A stretch of 59,546 nt of DNA, taken from NCBI GenBank assembly GCA_001938485.1, contig MQRK01248723.1, forward strand, positions 1 to 59,546. Reading direction: 5' to 3'. Source of the DNA: Girardia tigrina (taxonomy: Eukaryota). Shown here piece after piece: positions 27,501-41,200 of this stretch. Numbering within the stretch: the stretch's first letter is position 1; every line of letters begins with the position of its first letter. The translations under genes and the position numbers were made by a program. Under the pieces are notes generated by a model, which ran no database searches, had not been told where the DNA came from, and saw only the letters and a list, made by a program, of their open reading frames with translations.

Positions 27501-30500
27501 AACCAGGAGCGATCGATATCTTGTAAAATTTACCCCGATTGGATGGCGCTCGGAAATTCAATGAACCGCCATCAAACCCGCGCACTGCTGTCGGTTGTTG
27601 AACTTTCAATTTCCGTTTCCGATTATCAGTTGTTCGCTTCGACTCATTTCGCGTTTTCGGAAAATGCGTACCGTCCTTCGGGCCGTACATGATCTAAATA
27701 TTATCCGAGATCGATTGGTGATCGATTTCTTCCACTCTGATCGATTACTGACGACAGTTTTCCGGATTTTTTGCTCTACCGGAGCCGGCGATCAATCGAT
27801 CATCGATTTGATATGGAAACAGATCTTGCAGTCGATATAATTATCTTAATGGAAAAACCAATGGTATTTATCGGCAATGATTCGCCGATATTCTTCGGTC
27901 CAATGAAGCGGTTTGATTCGCAATTCATTGAGAAATGTATCGTTCTTCAATTCCAATTCACCGGTTACAATAATCAATGAATTCAGTCAGTAAATCGAAT
28001 GATTTTCTGTCGTTTAACGACCATTGATCGTCATTTGTAAACAAATAAATTTATATACCAGATTAGCTTGCAAATCACAAACTGTTTTCGATTTGTTTGA
28101 GAGGAAACTTTGAACTTTGGATGTGACAGAGATTACTTTAGAACTACTTATTTCTGTTTGCTTGTTTGTATACATATTGTCCCTATTTGCTTGTTGGGAC
28201 AATATGTATACAAACAAGCAAATAGAACACAACATTAGAGTAACATTAGAGAAATTATGTACAGATGCACGAGTTAAAAAACAATTAAAAGAAGAAAATA
28301 CTGAAGAATACAAACAAATCATTAAAATTCCATATTCTGAAGGATTTAGAGCATTTAAGAAGAGTATTTGTAGAACAATAAGTAGTGCTAAAGTAGTCTC
28401 TGTCACATCCAAAGTTCAAAGTTTCCTCTCAAACAAATCGAAAACAGTTTAAACTGGTCAGCAAACAATCAGTCCAAGTCAATTTTGATACATTCTGTCA
28501 GGTGTTGCTTTTTTTTCCACTCACTTTCTATCCTTTGAATAGTTCACATTGATTTATATTTTTCACGTTTTCCTTACACTCATTCAGTTCCAGTTTTGTA
28601 TGGCATGAAAGTCGTCTTTTTGCTATGATATCCATTGAATGTGGTAAGCCAATATCTAACAGTTCCATATTGATCTTCTCTGTTTTATGTACTTCTAGTG
28701 CTCTTCTGGTACATAAGTTATGGAATGCTGTCAGCTTTTGAACATGATCTATGTTTGTTCTCCAGAATATCAAATGATAACTATTAGTCAGAGCAAATGA
28801 TAATTTTATTACCTATGCCGTATTTGTATGTCAAATACACTATATAATCACTTTTTCTTGACATATAGCTTTTACAAATTCTTACGGGTTTCTTGTACAA
28901 CACGTGTGTAGTATTCACCATTGTCAGTGAAGATAGTGTAAACAACACTACACTAATAACTAAAAGTGGGCATCATCACTTCTTATCGCTGAGAGAATCC
29001 ATTTAATAATTTCCGAGAGCTCTCTTCTCCTGTGATTTTCCTTTCTTTTGATGATCTATTTATCATCTCGGATCCAAAGAGAGAGTGGTGCTTCGTCCTT
29101 TGACCATATTATCGAGGAATTGATCACCAATTCCTTCATGAATGTTGAGGTTGTCTTTGCAGCACCTAAGTCGCTTTTCATACACCTCTGCATTGAGAAT
29201 GTAATGCACGAACTGTGAAAATAATTTCCTTACTCTCAGGGTATGGATTATGTTATGCAATGTGTTATAGCTGTTTTTTCCCACCAATTTCTCATAGTTT
29301 AATGCTCATCTCCTCGACAAGAGTTTTTGTTCTTTTTAATTTTCCTTAGAAGCAAAAACTTAATTACACTGCGGTTTTCTACGTCGAATTTCATGTTAAA
29401 TTGAGTAATTGTGAAATTTATCTGACGAAATAGTCAAACGGTAAAACAAATGCCATAATTTTTACCTATGTAGATGTATTTTTTCGCATAAAAATTACTA
29501 CATTATTAATTAATCTACCAGTCTACTGATTTTTAAACATTCTAAAATAAAAAAATTAAAAAGTTCTATATTAAATTGTACATAGTTGAAAGGAAATATA
29601 TTTTCTTAACGCATTTAAATAATGCAAAAATGTATTCATCTTTTATTTTTTCTAATTTAGCATAAATCAGAAAAAGATGTTTTACTGGAGTATGAAAGCA
29701 ATGGAGAAATTTCTTCCCGTACTACAGTTGTGTATGAACTTCCATGACGACCCTTTGACGCCTCCAGTCTTAAATGTTATTAAAGAAATTATTAATTTAC
29801 TAACTCTTCAATTTCAGGTATTTTCTTTATTACTTAATTTTTATTTCTCTTTTAATTATTTATTGATTCATTTTTTTTCTTTTTATATTTTATTTGTCTT
29901 GCTATCTATAAACATGGAATTGTATTTAATTCTTTGATTCAATTTAGCGATTATTTATATCTTTGAAACGTCGACGAGGAAGTATTGACAGCACCCTTGA
30001 AGAGATATTGTCGAGGAAGGTGTTCAATAAGTCGGACGTCTTACTAAACCCACAATACTCGTGTTTATTTCATTATATTTATCCAATTTCGGAAGTTATT
30101 AAGAAGCTGAGTTTAATAGTAGGATATCACTTTTTCAAATGATATTTTATTTTTCAATTTCTTCGGTTTTAGGCGTCTTATCGTCTTGATCTGATAGTCA
30201 ACATTCTAATTGATTGTATATTACCAAACTTCTTTGATATTGTTAATTATCTTCACATTGGTTTCTGTTGCACCGAGCAAATCGACGAGGAATCTGTGCA
30301 CCGATGTCGCACTTTTACTAGTGACTTTGAAAACGATTTCATTAAAGAAATTATTGAGTTTTCCATTCGAATAATATCACAGTCTTCCGATTCAATCAGA
30401 AGTTGCATTTTCGACAAGTATAATATTATTTATTTATAATTGTTAAATAGTGTTTCTATATTCATATTTTAAATATATTATATCATTGGAGTATAGATAT

Positions 30501-32248
30501 TTTAATAATTTTGATTAAAATTATACATACACATACATAAAAATTTCAGTCCAATTATGAAATTGAGTACACCAAGGCCCCGCTTTGCGTCTCTATTCGG
30601 TTCCGAAAGTTGAGACGCTAAATGAGTTTCGACGCATAACGAATGTGTGGTAATATTGATCAGAAAGACTATTACAATATATCTATCTAAATAAAAATCA
30701 AAATAAAACAATTGTTTATCAAGAAATAGTACGAAAATTGCGCTCTTAATCCATTAAACTAATTAATAATATAAAATCATTAAAAACTAAGTATGCATTA
30801 TAAATTTAATTATCAAAACTTCTTTCAAAATCAAAATTTACTTAAAAAAAATTTTTCCAAAGTGGTTTGTAATGCATTGTCTATTTGTTCCGCATAAATT
30901 TCTTTATAGCAATTTATGCTACCAAGAACTGATCTGTTTACCTTCGAACTTCTTTCGTGATTAGGGTCATCTTGATTAAATATCTGCAGATCTTGATCAA
31001 TTAGTTGAAAAGCTTGAGCTAAACGTTTCGTCGTTAACGTTTGTTCTACGGCAATATCTTCGATTTTTTCATCAGAATCACTACTGTGTGCTGTCTGAAA
31101 TTCAATTTCCATTAATTGAGAAGTTGTTATCTCTTCATTGTGTGAATCCAATAGTTCTTCTATATCTTCGACCTCCATTCCTTCAACTTGCAATGCGGAT
31201 GCTAAGTCAACCATCTCTTTAATTGCAGTTATCCTATCATTATTCGTGTCATTTTTCAATGGGCTATGTACATTTGGCATTGAGGAACTCTCGGGTAGCA
31301 GTCGCGGTATGAGCTGGAGCTCCGTCTTGTTGAAAGTGACAGGAATAAAGCAGGTGTCGTTCTTCTAATGCTGGTAAAAATTCCGTACTCAGCATTTCAA
31401 TGTAAGCATTGGCCGTTACTGAGCCGTTGATGTAGAAGGGTCGAATGATGTGCGTAGCATTCATTGCAACCCATGTCATTGCAGATATAGGATGCTGGGC
31501 AACTTGCTCATAAAAGTAGGGATTTTCTTTGCTCCAGAAGATCGAATTGATGTGTTTACCATCCCCATAAAAGACACATTCATCTATGAAAAACAAATTT
31601 TCACGCTTTCGAGGATTGTTGTATTTATGAAGGATGGTTTTACAACACTGGACTCGGTTTTCTCTGTCAGCCTCTGAGAAATTGCACTTGGTATGGTTTC
31701 CAGGCTCGCAAACACAAATCATCTTTCAATATTCGCCGCAGACTTGTTCGTGGAATAATCGTTTCTTCTGCTCTTTTCCTGGTAGACATTTGAGGATCAT
31801 CATTGACAGATTGTTCGACAACTTGCGCAGAATCTCCACGCTCGGAAGGACGACCTGCTCATGGATTGTCTAACACGGAACCCGTCCCGAACAACTTTTC
31901 CATCCACTGGGTAATGATTCTTCCATCGGGCGGTTCACAATCATAACATTCTCTCAGCTTTGCTTTAACTGCTCGCATAGCCTTGTTCGACTTGTCAGAT
32001 TCGTACAGCCACGCTGCTGCTTGCACTCGAAATGGAATTGAATAGGGGCTGATATCGCTCATGTCTGAAAATTAAATAGAAGGTAAATTTCGTCATTATT
32101 ATTATTAGAATATTAAAACAGTAATAATNNNNNNNNNNNNNNNNNNNNNNNNNNNNNNNNNNNNNNNNNNNNNNNNNNNNNNNNNNNNNNNNNNNNNNNN
32201 NNNNNNNNNNNNNNNNNNNNNNNNNNNNNNNNNNNNNNNNNNNNNNNN

Positions 32249-32289
<41 letters not shown>

Positions 32290-35200
32290 TGATGTTTGCC
32301 AAAAGTCGTAGGAATTTCTGGCCCACCCTGTACACATTCCGGCCATAATTTACGCCAACAACCTTTCATGTTTTTGTTGGACACTCCAAGATCCTGCAAT
32401 ATATTTAATCTCATCTAATATAGTGAATTTTTTCCACAACGTTGTCATTGTAATATTATCAATTCCTTCCGTGGTTGGGAAAAGTTCCCTGAAATTTTAT
32501 ATGGCAAAAAATAAAAAATCCATCGACGCAAAAGCGTATAGACGCATAGCGGGGCTTTAGTGTATTTTTATAAAATTGCATTTATTCAAAAATTTTACCT
32601 AAACAAATCCAACTTTCTAAGAGTACATGCTTCAGAAAATTTACCAATCAATTTCTGAATATGTATTCAAATCCCGGAACTAAAAATCCATCCAAATATC
32701 CCGGGTTTATCCTCGACTTATCCCGGGATTAGTGGTTTGTAAATAGTAACATTCGCACAAATTGTTTACAATATGCATAAATCAAATATGAATAAATCAA
32801 ATATTCGGAAGAACAGTGTGAAATATGAAAAGAGTTTTGCATGAACCCAAAAAACTATTTTATCTAATAGTATTTTTATATTAGATAAAAAAATCATCAA
32901 ATAGAGAAGACTCAAACTTCACAACCGATTCAAAAATATTATTGCGATAACTTGTATGAACGAATCTCATCGATTTAAGTTTGCATTTAAAATTTTCAGC
33001 ATTCTTTGAAGTTTTCATTTAGACTATGATAAAAATCATTGTTGATAAAGCTTATTTTAAGAGGGGTTTGAATATGTTATAAACATTTATAATTTTCTTT
33101 GTACAAAATTGAAAATTACACCTAACCAATATTCAAACTTCCAAAATTTGGTTTCTTAAATACAACCATTCTAAAACAACATTTAAGACACCAAACATCC
33201 ACCATTCGAACAATCCACACAATTCTTTATCTAAGCTTTTTGAAAATAAAGTTAACTAGTAAATCAAAAATTAAATTTTTATATCCATTCTTTATGCAGA
33301 CAGAACTCTACTTTGCCAACAAAGTTTTAATAAAAAATTGTTTTAAAAAAACACAATAAAATAATTATAAACGTGACTGTATCTCTGTCCTTGCTTCCCA
33401 CGTATGATTCGAGGAATACTTGAGTACGCGAGGACGTGTCCACGAGTCCTCCGGAACCGTGATATGGAGGTTGATAGTATTTACGGACGTCGGTACCAGC
33501 TGACAACACCGAGAGTCACGATCGTGAAGATTCTTCCATTTATCATTTCTTGAATCCTGTCGTGAATGACATCACGAACAATCAAAATTAATAATGAACC
33601 TACCAAGGTGAGATGGCTCTCGGTAAAAACGAAAAAGGCGACCATCTTGTCTGTCGAAACTTGGAAAATTCCGAAGCAATGCGATCGAATCGATCAAACA
33701 TAAGAATGCCCATTGGCCCCTATAACGAAGCACAATAGAAACGATAAAACGATTCGTGTTATACTGAAGATAATCAAGTTGAATACATAAAAATTTATTC
33801 ATACGCATATCACCATGTTCTTTTCCAAACATGTTATTACCGACTTTCATCACACTTTCTTTATTTTCATTAATAATAAAAAAATATACAATTTAAATAA
33901 ATTTTTAAATTTTAAATTAATATACACATTTTAATTATTTAACATAATATCAAAATTATAAAGTTTTTTATAAAATTATAAATCATTTTTTGTATTTACC
34001 AATTCGAAAATCGTATCTCGACATTCAATCTACAATTCTTTTTTTGTATTTTTGTTCAATAGCTTCTATCTTATTTTTATTATCAATATTTAAAATATAA
34101 AATCGATTTTAAGATTCACTTCAGTATCGAAATAGTTTTATGGATCTAGCATCGTTTGTTGGCGACTGGTGACACATGGGCCGAATCTGACAATCTAAGA
34201 CTTATGCACATCATCAGCGGATGGGATTTATCCCTAGACTTTGGTACCATAAAGCACAACAAAATCAAGGACGACCTCGCCAAATTTCTCCGAAGAAAGT
34301 ACGGTCACGGCTTTGTTTCCACCGAAAAACGTCACGACTTCTTAGACAAAACCTGGAAAGTTATGGACATATACGTAGAACTAGGTAACAAAGTATGGAT
34401 CTTCGAAGTCAAGAGCTCGTGGTACATAAATAACCAATTCTTCAACGCCTACGTAAGAGCCTGTGATCATTACCTAGACCTAATTGAAAGACACAAAAAG
34501 AGCGAAGTAATGATTTTCCCCTCCGTCGTCGGTAGCCTTGGCCGATGGCACTACGACAACGACTCCATTCTTCACATCAATGGATGGAATGACGTTGAAA
34601 TACAAACCTACGCAACCAAGAGTCGTCAATAGAAATATCTTAATGTGCGCAAAGCACTTCATCAAACACCTACTGTACATTTCAGAAGGAGACATAATCA
34701 AAGATGAAGCTGCCTAACACTAAAGCTGTCAAACCACCTCTAGTTTCACTCTGTAAGAGAGTGCAACTCCTTGCTGATATGCGCATAACAAAAATCGCTA
34801 AAGTATGGAGCCTTCTTTAACTCAGTTGGAGATGTGACTCGTATTTGATTTAAATTCACCTAAGTGGTGCGCATAAATTAAATTAAATTGTATTCTATCA
34901 CTGAGTTGTTTATCCGGCTGGTGAAGGATTATTTATCCATTTCTTTTCATTATTAAAATCTCGAAATTTAATTATTCAGACAAATTAAAATTAGTTATAC
35001 ATAAATCAATCCTAACGGTTATTTATCCGTTTGATGGCCGAATGAAGCTGACCACTTATTATTTTATATAATTTGAGCTTCTTAGAGTAAAATAATTTTA
35101 AATAAATTATTTTTTTTCTGGCTGTAAAGTTTTGAATAGACAAAATTTTAAAACATTTTTTTATTTTAGATAAATATTTATTTATTATATTAAATATTAT

Positions 35201-38200
35201 ATCAAATTTTAGGTTTATATTATATTTCAAAAAGATACTACCACTATTTGCGTCCAAAATGAATTTAAAAGTGGTTTTAATTGAACTTTTTTGTACGGCT
35301 CTCACTTATTCTGAATTCGTAAAGATGATTTCCAACCATTCGAACAGTAAGTGTGGACCTACCTTGGTTCGAGTTGCTTTGATATTGAGTTCTAGACAAT
35401 TGTATAATCTTTATCATCATGGACTTTCTGAACTGTAAATGCATTGCTGAATGTGGTCAGAATGAGTTGATTTGGCTTACGAACCACGTTAGTTTTTGTT
35501 TATTTTAAATTGTTACTTAATTTGTTTTATAAAATATATAATTGAGAAATAAATAACACATTAGAATTTATTATTTTTAATTTCGACGAATTTATTATCA
35601 TCTTCAGACAAAACAAGCAATGATGTATCAGTATGCATATACGAAATAAAATATAATTTCTGGGTTCATTTGACGATGTAAACTTCTTTACAAATATTTC
35701 ATTGTATGAAACTGTTGACTTATGTTACAATTATTGAAAAATAATATAAATTAACATCGTCAAAATTAAGAACGCCAATATGGGTTTTCGAACATTTATT
35801 TTCAATACAATTTGAATTACCTTTTGGACAACTCTGAGCCAAGCTGTCAGAATTTGACATCGTTCTAAATTGATAAATTTTTGTTAATTTTTTTAACAAA
35901 CAATTATTCGAACAAATTTTTCATTATTTTCAGATTTTATTTTTAAAGTTCAAATTTTGTAATTTTGGTAATAATTTTATCTACATATTAATTCTATTCA
36001 AAAAATGATTTTATTTAAAGAAAGAACATTTAATTAATTTAAAACTTAGTTAAAAGTTATAAAACTTTATTTAAAATTTTCATATTAAAATTTGAAACGA
36101 TTTAATATTTTTAAAGTTTTTTTTTAATATCCTATCTTGTAATTTAAAATGCAAATTATGCTCGAATAAATATTCATCGCGAACATCAAAAATATTAATT
36201 TTCCATCTGGGTCGGAGAAACTCATTTCCAAATACTAAACTCAACATACAAAATTCCACATACCAAATTTGAAATATTCCTCACAATTTACTTGATGAAA
36301 TTGTTTTTTGGAAATTTTTATATTCTTTTCCGATGAATATAATCTAATAAATTTATAAATCTGCACTAAATCTATCAATTGGGTCATGTTCTGATTTATT
36401 TTATCAATATTAATGTTATGGGTGTCGAAAACATTCATTTGGAAAGCATACCTCTGTACATTGTGAGGAAGGTGATAAGCAATATTCCACAACACAGTAA
36501 TCACTGATGAAATAGTAAACTTGTTATAATTCATTTAAAATTCACGATTTAATATTTATTTCAGAGAGGGTGATGCGTGAATGAGCATTGATTGTAAAAT
36601 CGTAGGATCCTAAATTTATTTTACAAACACCATCTTCTTCAACTGTATTGGAAGAATTTTTGTGATTACGTGGTTTATGATTAATGGTTTAACTAAAAGA
36701 AATTCATTTGTTGAAACGTATAGCCCATTGCACTTCCCTTTTGAAACAGCAATAGATTACAGCAATCCATTTTAAAGCTTATGATTACTGGTGACGAAAA
36801 ATAGATTGCTTACAACAATGTAGAACACCAAAGATCATTGACGAAATGTAATGAGCCTGTCAAAAAAAGTTAAAAATTTACCAAAATCTTTTCATCTGGC
36901 GAGATTTTTAAAAGAATAGTGGTTTTTGAATTCATTTTTTCGATAATCCATTTTGAGAATCTAAAATTTAATCATGTAAAATTTAATGTGTTGCCAGGAA
37001 AATTCGGGCTAATTTTTAATAAAAATTCAGAAGCAAAATTTTTATATGTAGACATGTATTTAATTAACAAAATGTATAAACCATTTTTTTCCATAAACTC
37101 AAGCCATCTCTCTTGTAATTGAAAATATCCATCCTTTCAAAACTTCAGGTTTCTTGGTCTAAAAATGTTCAAGATGGGATTTCAGGACATCTAAAAGCTC
37201 AAATTTCTTTCTGTTAAGAGAATTTTAAAGCGATTTGAATAGGTGATAGTCGGAAGGACAATGTCGGGGGAATGTTGTGAGTGGAGTGACTCATCCCAGC
37301 AGAGGTTCAATGACTTTTTCTTCGTAATCAAAGAGACACGTGGTCAATCATTTTCATTATGCTACGCAGGACCATTACTGTTCCTGGGTGTTTGGTAGGA
37401 GTTCATAATACATAATTCCTCTGAAATTCAACTATACACAAAGCTTGACTTTCTTCGGATCAAGACCGACCTTTGAAATTACTAATGGTGGTTCATCTGA
37501 CTTATCGAAAGATATTTGTTGTTTCACTTTGTTATTGACTATCATTTTTTCATCACCCATCACTATTTGTTTTAAAAAAATGCACTTTCATTGCGTTTTT
37601 AAAGCGAATCACAAATGGATATGCGATAAATCAGATTTTTTTCTTACAGATTATAAGTAACCCATACATCGTAGCGATTAACGTAATTGTGCTTCAATTA
37701 AAGGTCATGGACGGTGGTTTTCGATATCTTCAGATATCTATTAATTCATCAGTCACTTAGTGAGGATTGGTCTCGAGTTCATTGTTATGTATGTTGGAAG
37801 ATCTGTCAGTGTGCTCTTGGTCTTTGAGGTTGAAATCACCTGGAAAACCACTTGCGAACTGTTTTGTCAGTTAAAGCATGTTCTCTGTAAATATCACACT
37901 CATGTTTCTTGCTTGAGTCAATATATATTTGCCTTTCTTGAAATAAAAAAAGCATCAAGTGTCGAAAATGCTCCTTGCTTTCTTCTATTTTCCAATCGGC
38001 GCCTAGCAGATATAAATCAAATTAGACAAAAATTTTTTGTATAAAGATGCGTCAATAGATTATGATATTTCATCTGTAGTCATAAGTTGTGGGGCACTCT
38101 TTCCAAAGTAATTATTGTTGTGAATTGTAATTAGTAATTAGTATTGTGAATTGTCGAATCGATATTAATTGAATTTGTATATCGTAATAAAGCTCATAAA

Positions 38201-41200
38201 CTGAAGTTTCAGTATTTGTAAGAAAATCATGATTTTATGTTCATTCTAATTTTTTAAACATTTTNNNNNNNNNNNNNNNNNNNNNNNNNNNNNNNNNNNN
38301 NNNNNNNNNNNNNNNNNNNNNNNNNNNNNNNNNNNNNNNNNNNNNNNNNNNNNNNNNNNNNNNNNNNNNNNNNNNNNNNNNNNNNNNNNNNNNNNNNNNN
38401 NNNNNNNNNNNNNNNNNNNNNNNNNNNNNNNNNNNNNNNNNNNNNNNNNNNNNNNNNNNNNNNNNNNNNNNNNNNNNNNNNNNNNNNNNNNNNNNNNNNN
38501 NNNNNNNNNNNNNNNNNNNNNNNNNNNNNNNNNNNNNNNNNNNNNNNNNNNNNNNNNNNNNNNNNNNNNNNNNNNNNNNNNNNNNNNNNNNNNNNNNNNN
38601 NNNNNNNNNNNNNNNNNNNNNNNNNNNNNNNNNNNNNNNNNNNNNNNNNNNNNNNNNNNNNNNNNNNNNNNNNNNNNNNNNNNNNNNNNNNNNNNNNNNN
38701 NNNNNNNNNNNNNNNNNNNNNNNNNNNNNNNNNNNNNNNNNNNNNNNNNNNNNNNNNNNNNNNNNNNNNNNNNNNNNNNNNNNNNNNNNNNNNNNNNNNN
38801 NNNNNNNNNNNNNNNNNNNNNNNNNNNNNNNNNNNNNNNNNNNNNNNNNNNNNNNNNNNNNNNNNNNNNNNNNNNNNNNNNNNNNNNNNNNNNNNNNNNN
38901 NNNNNNNNNNNNNNNNNNNNNNNNNNNNNNNNNNNNNNNNNNNNNNNNNNNNNNNNNNNNNNNNNNNNNNNNNNNNNNNNNNNNNNNNNNNNNNNNNNNN
39001 NNNNNNNNNNNNNNNNNNNNNNNNNNNNNNNNNNNNNNNNNNNNNNNNNNNNNNNNNNNNNNNNNNNNNNNNNNNNNNNNNNNNNNNNNNNNNNNNNNNN
39101 NNNNNNNNNNNNNNNNNNNNNNNNNNNNNNNNNNNNNNNNNNNNNNNNNNNNNNNNNNNNATGTATTGAACATAATGGACTTTATTTCGAATCATAATCT
39201 TTATTGTGCGTTGTTTTATGAACATTTTAATTTTTAATAAAAAGTGCCCCACAACTTATGACTCACCCTAATATAAAATATATAAAATTTTATTTTTTTA
39301 TCTTTTTTATTTATTTTAGATTTCTCAAGTTATTCTGTCATTGTGCTCTGTAGGTTTCACGTGGAAGCCAGATTGTCCTTGTACATCACAGGTTTGTGAT
39401 TCATTTTTATTTTAAAAGTTATTTGTGAATTCGTATTGTTTTTAATAAAAATATTGTATCTATGTTTTGGTAAAACTAAATTTATTTAAAGTATTATTTT
39501 ATCTTAAGTTTCATTTTTAATCAATAACTGTTATAGATCAGAACTTCAATATAATAGTATTTAAATAAGAAATTAATTACTTTTTAACTTAATTAAATTA
39601 TTTTACAAAAAATGATAAAAATTTCTAAATAATTAATATATCGAATATTCTACTAGAAATCTTAAATAAAATTCAAGTAAAATATTTTATGAATAATTTT
39701 ATATGCTCGGTGTTTCAGATTCAAGGACACGATTCTTAATACTAATAAAAATTGTAGTTAGATAATTTTTATGAGACTTTCAATTTTGTTTGTTTAAGAC
39801 TACAGTTTTATTATTTCTTAGGGGATATTGAAAAGGTTACGGTGTAACATCAACGCGAGAAGTTTTTATAATTAAGACATTATTAGAATCATTATCCTTG
39901 GTACAACGCTCCTTCTAAAATAAACTGGACAGTCAGCTACAAAATTAGAAATAACTCGAGATTAATTTTAGTTAAACGACGTAGGGATAATTCTTCCAAT
40001 GGAATATAGAATTACAACACTTTTGGAATGTTTGTGATTCGATTCAATAAAATCAAAATTTGATAAATTAAAATTTCAATCAAAGATTGAAGCAATGTAT
40101 GGCTATTATTTATCTAATATTTCTTATTTTCATAGTTTTGATTTCGGATATTTTAGGCATGTTTTGAATAAAAATACTTCAGATTATGTAAATAAAAATT
40201 TTAAGCAAAATAACAAAGATTTTTTGATTTTAAAAAATCTAAGAAAAATATTAATGTATGTAAATTTGATAAAGGGAATGGTTTAGTCGTTTTAAATAAG
40301 GATGATTATGTGAATAAAATGATTGATGTTTTTTCAAACACATTCAAACAATTTAAAATATTCCTCACCATTGATTTAATATCTTTTAATCTTCGATAAA
40401 TAGATAATCTTCAAATGAATGAGGATTGTGAGGATAATAATGAAAATGAGACAGAGGATTATTGCATTATTTTAAAGAGTGGTAAATGGTCAGAAGTTGA
40501 AATAAGAGAGAAAAAATATATCTGCCTGTGAGGTTTATTCCTACATTATAGTATATTTTTTTATATAGAAAAAATAGAATGACGAATGTATGAATAAAAG
40601 AAATTCTGTGCTTTATAATAAAAAAGAGCATTTGCAGCAATACTTAATTTTCAAAAAAGAAAAAATTTTTATTTTATAATTTTACATATCTTTTTTTGCC
40701 ATTTTTAGATCCTGAATGTGTGAAATATGAGTTACCTGTAATTCAAATTGAATAAAATTATTAATATTTAAACAAATTATTTCTTTTAGATAAAATTCTA
40801 AATTATTATTGTGTATTTTATTAAAATCAAGAATTATATTTAATAGAAGAGATTTACTCGAAATAAAGTTGTAGTATATTTAGTAAATTTTTATTATGGA
40901 AAATTTTTTGAAGATATTTCGAGGGGGGGCTTTGATCCCCTATACCCCCACCCCCTTAGCTACGTCCCTGGTGCCTAACAGGAAAATAAACAGTTAATTT
41001 ATAATTATGATATTGGAAATTTGTCTTATAATTCGAAAACGGTACTTGCATTTTTATTATTATAAAAACGGAAGCCCATAAATATTCAATCCGTAATTTT
41101 AACGGATTGGTAGTTCTAGTGTTGAAAACACGAAAAAGTTCTTCTTGAGCGTAAAAAATTTCCATTCATTTTTTAAAGTAAATTTCCAGTGATTTAATTT

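Noticed and set aside
10934-32284. (TA)n and (CA)n tracts giving YIYI ORFs
   Set aside because: Ordinary microsatellites, several at assembly gaps.
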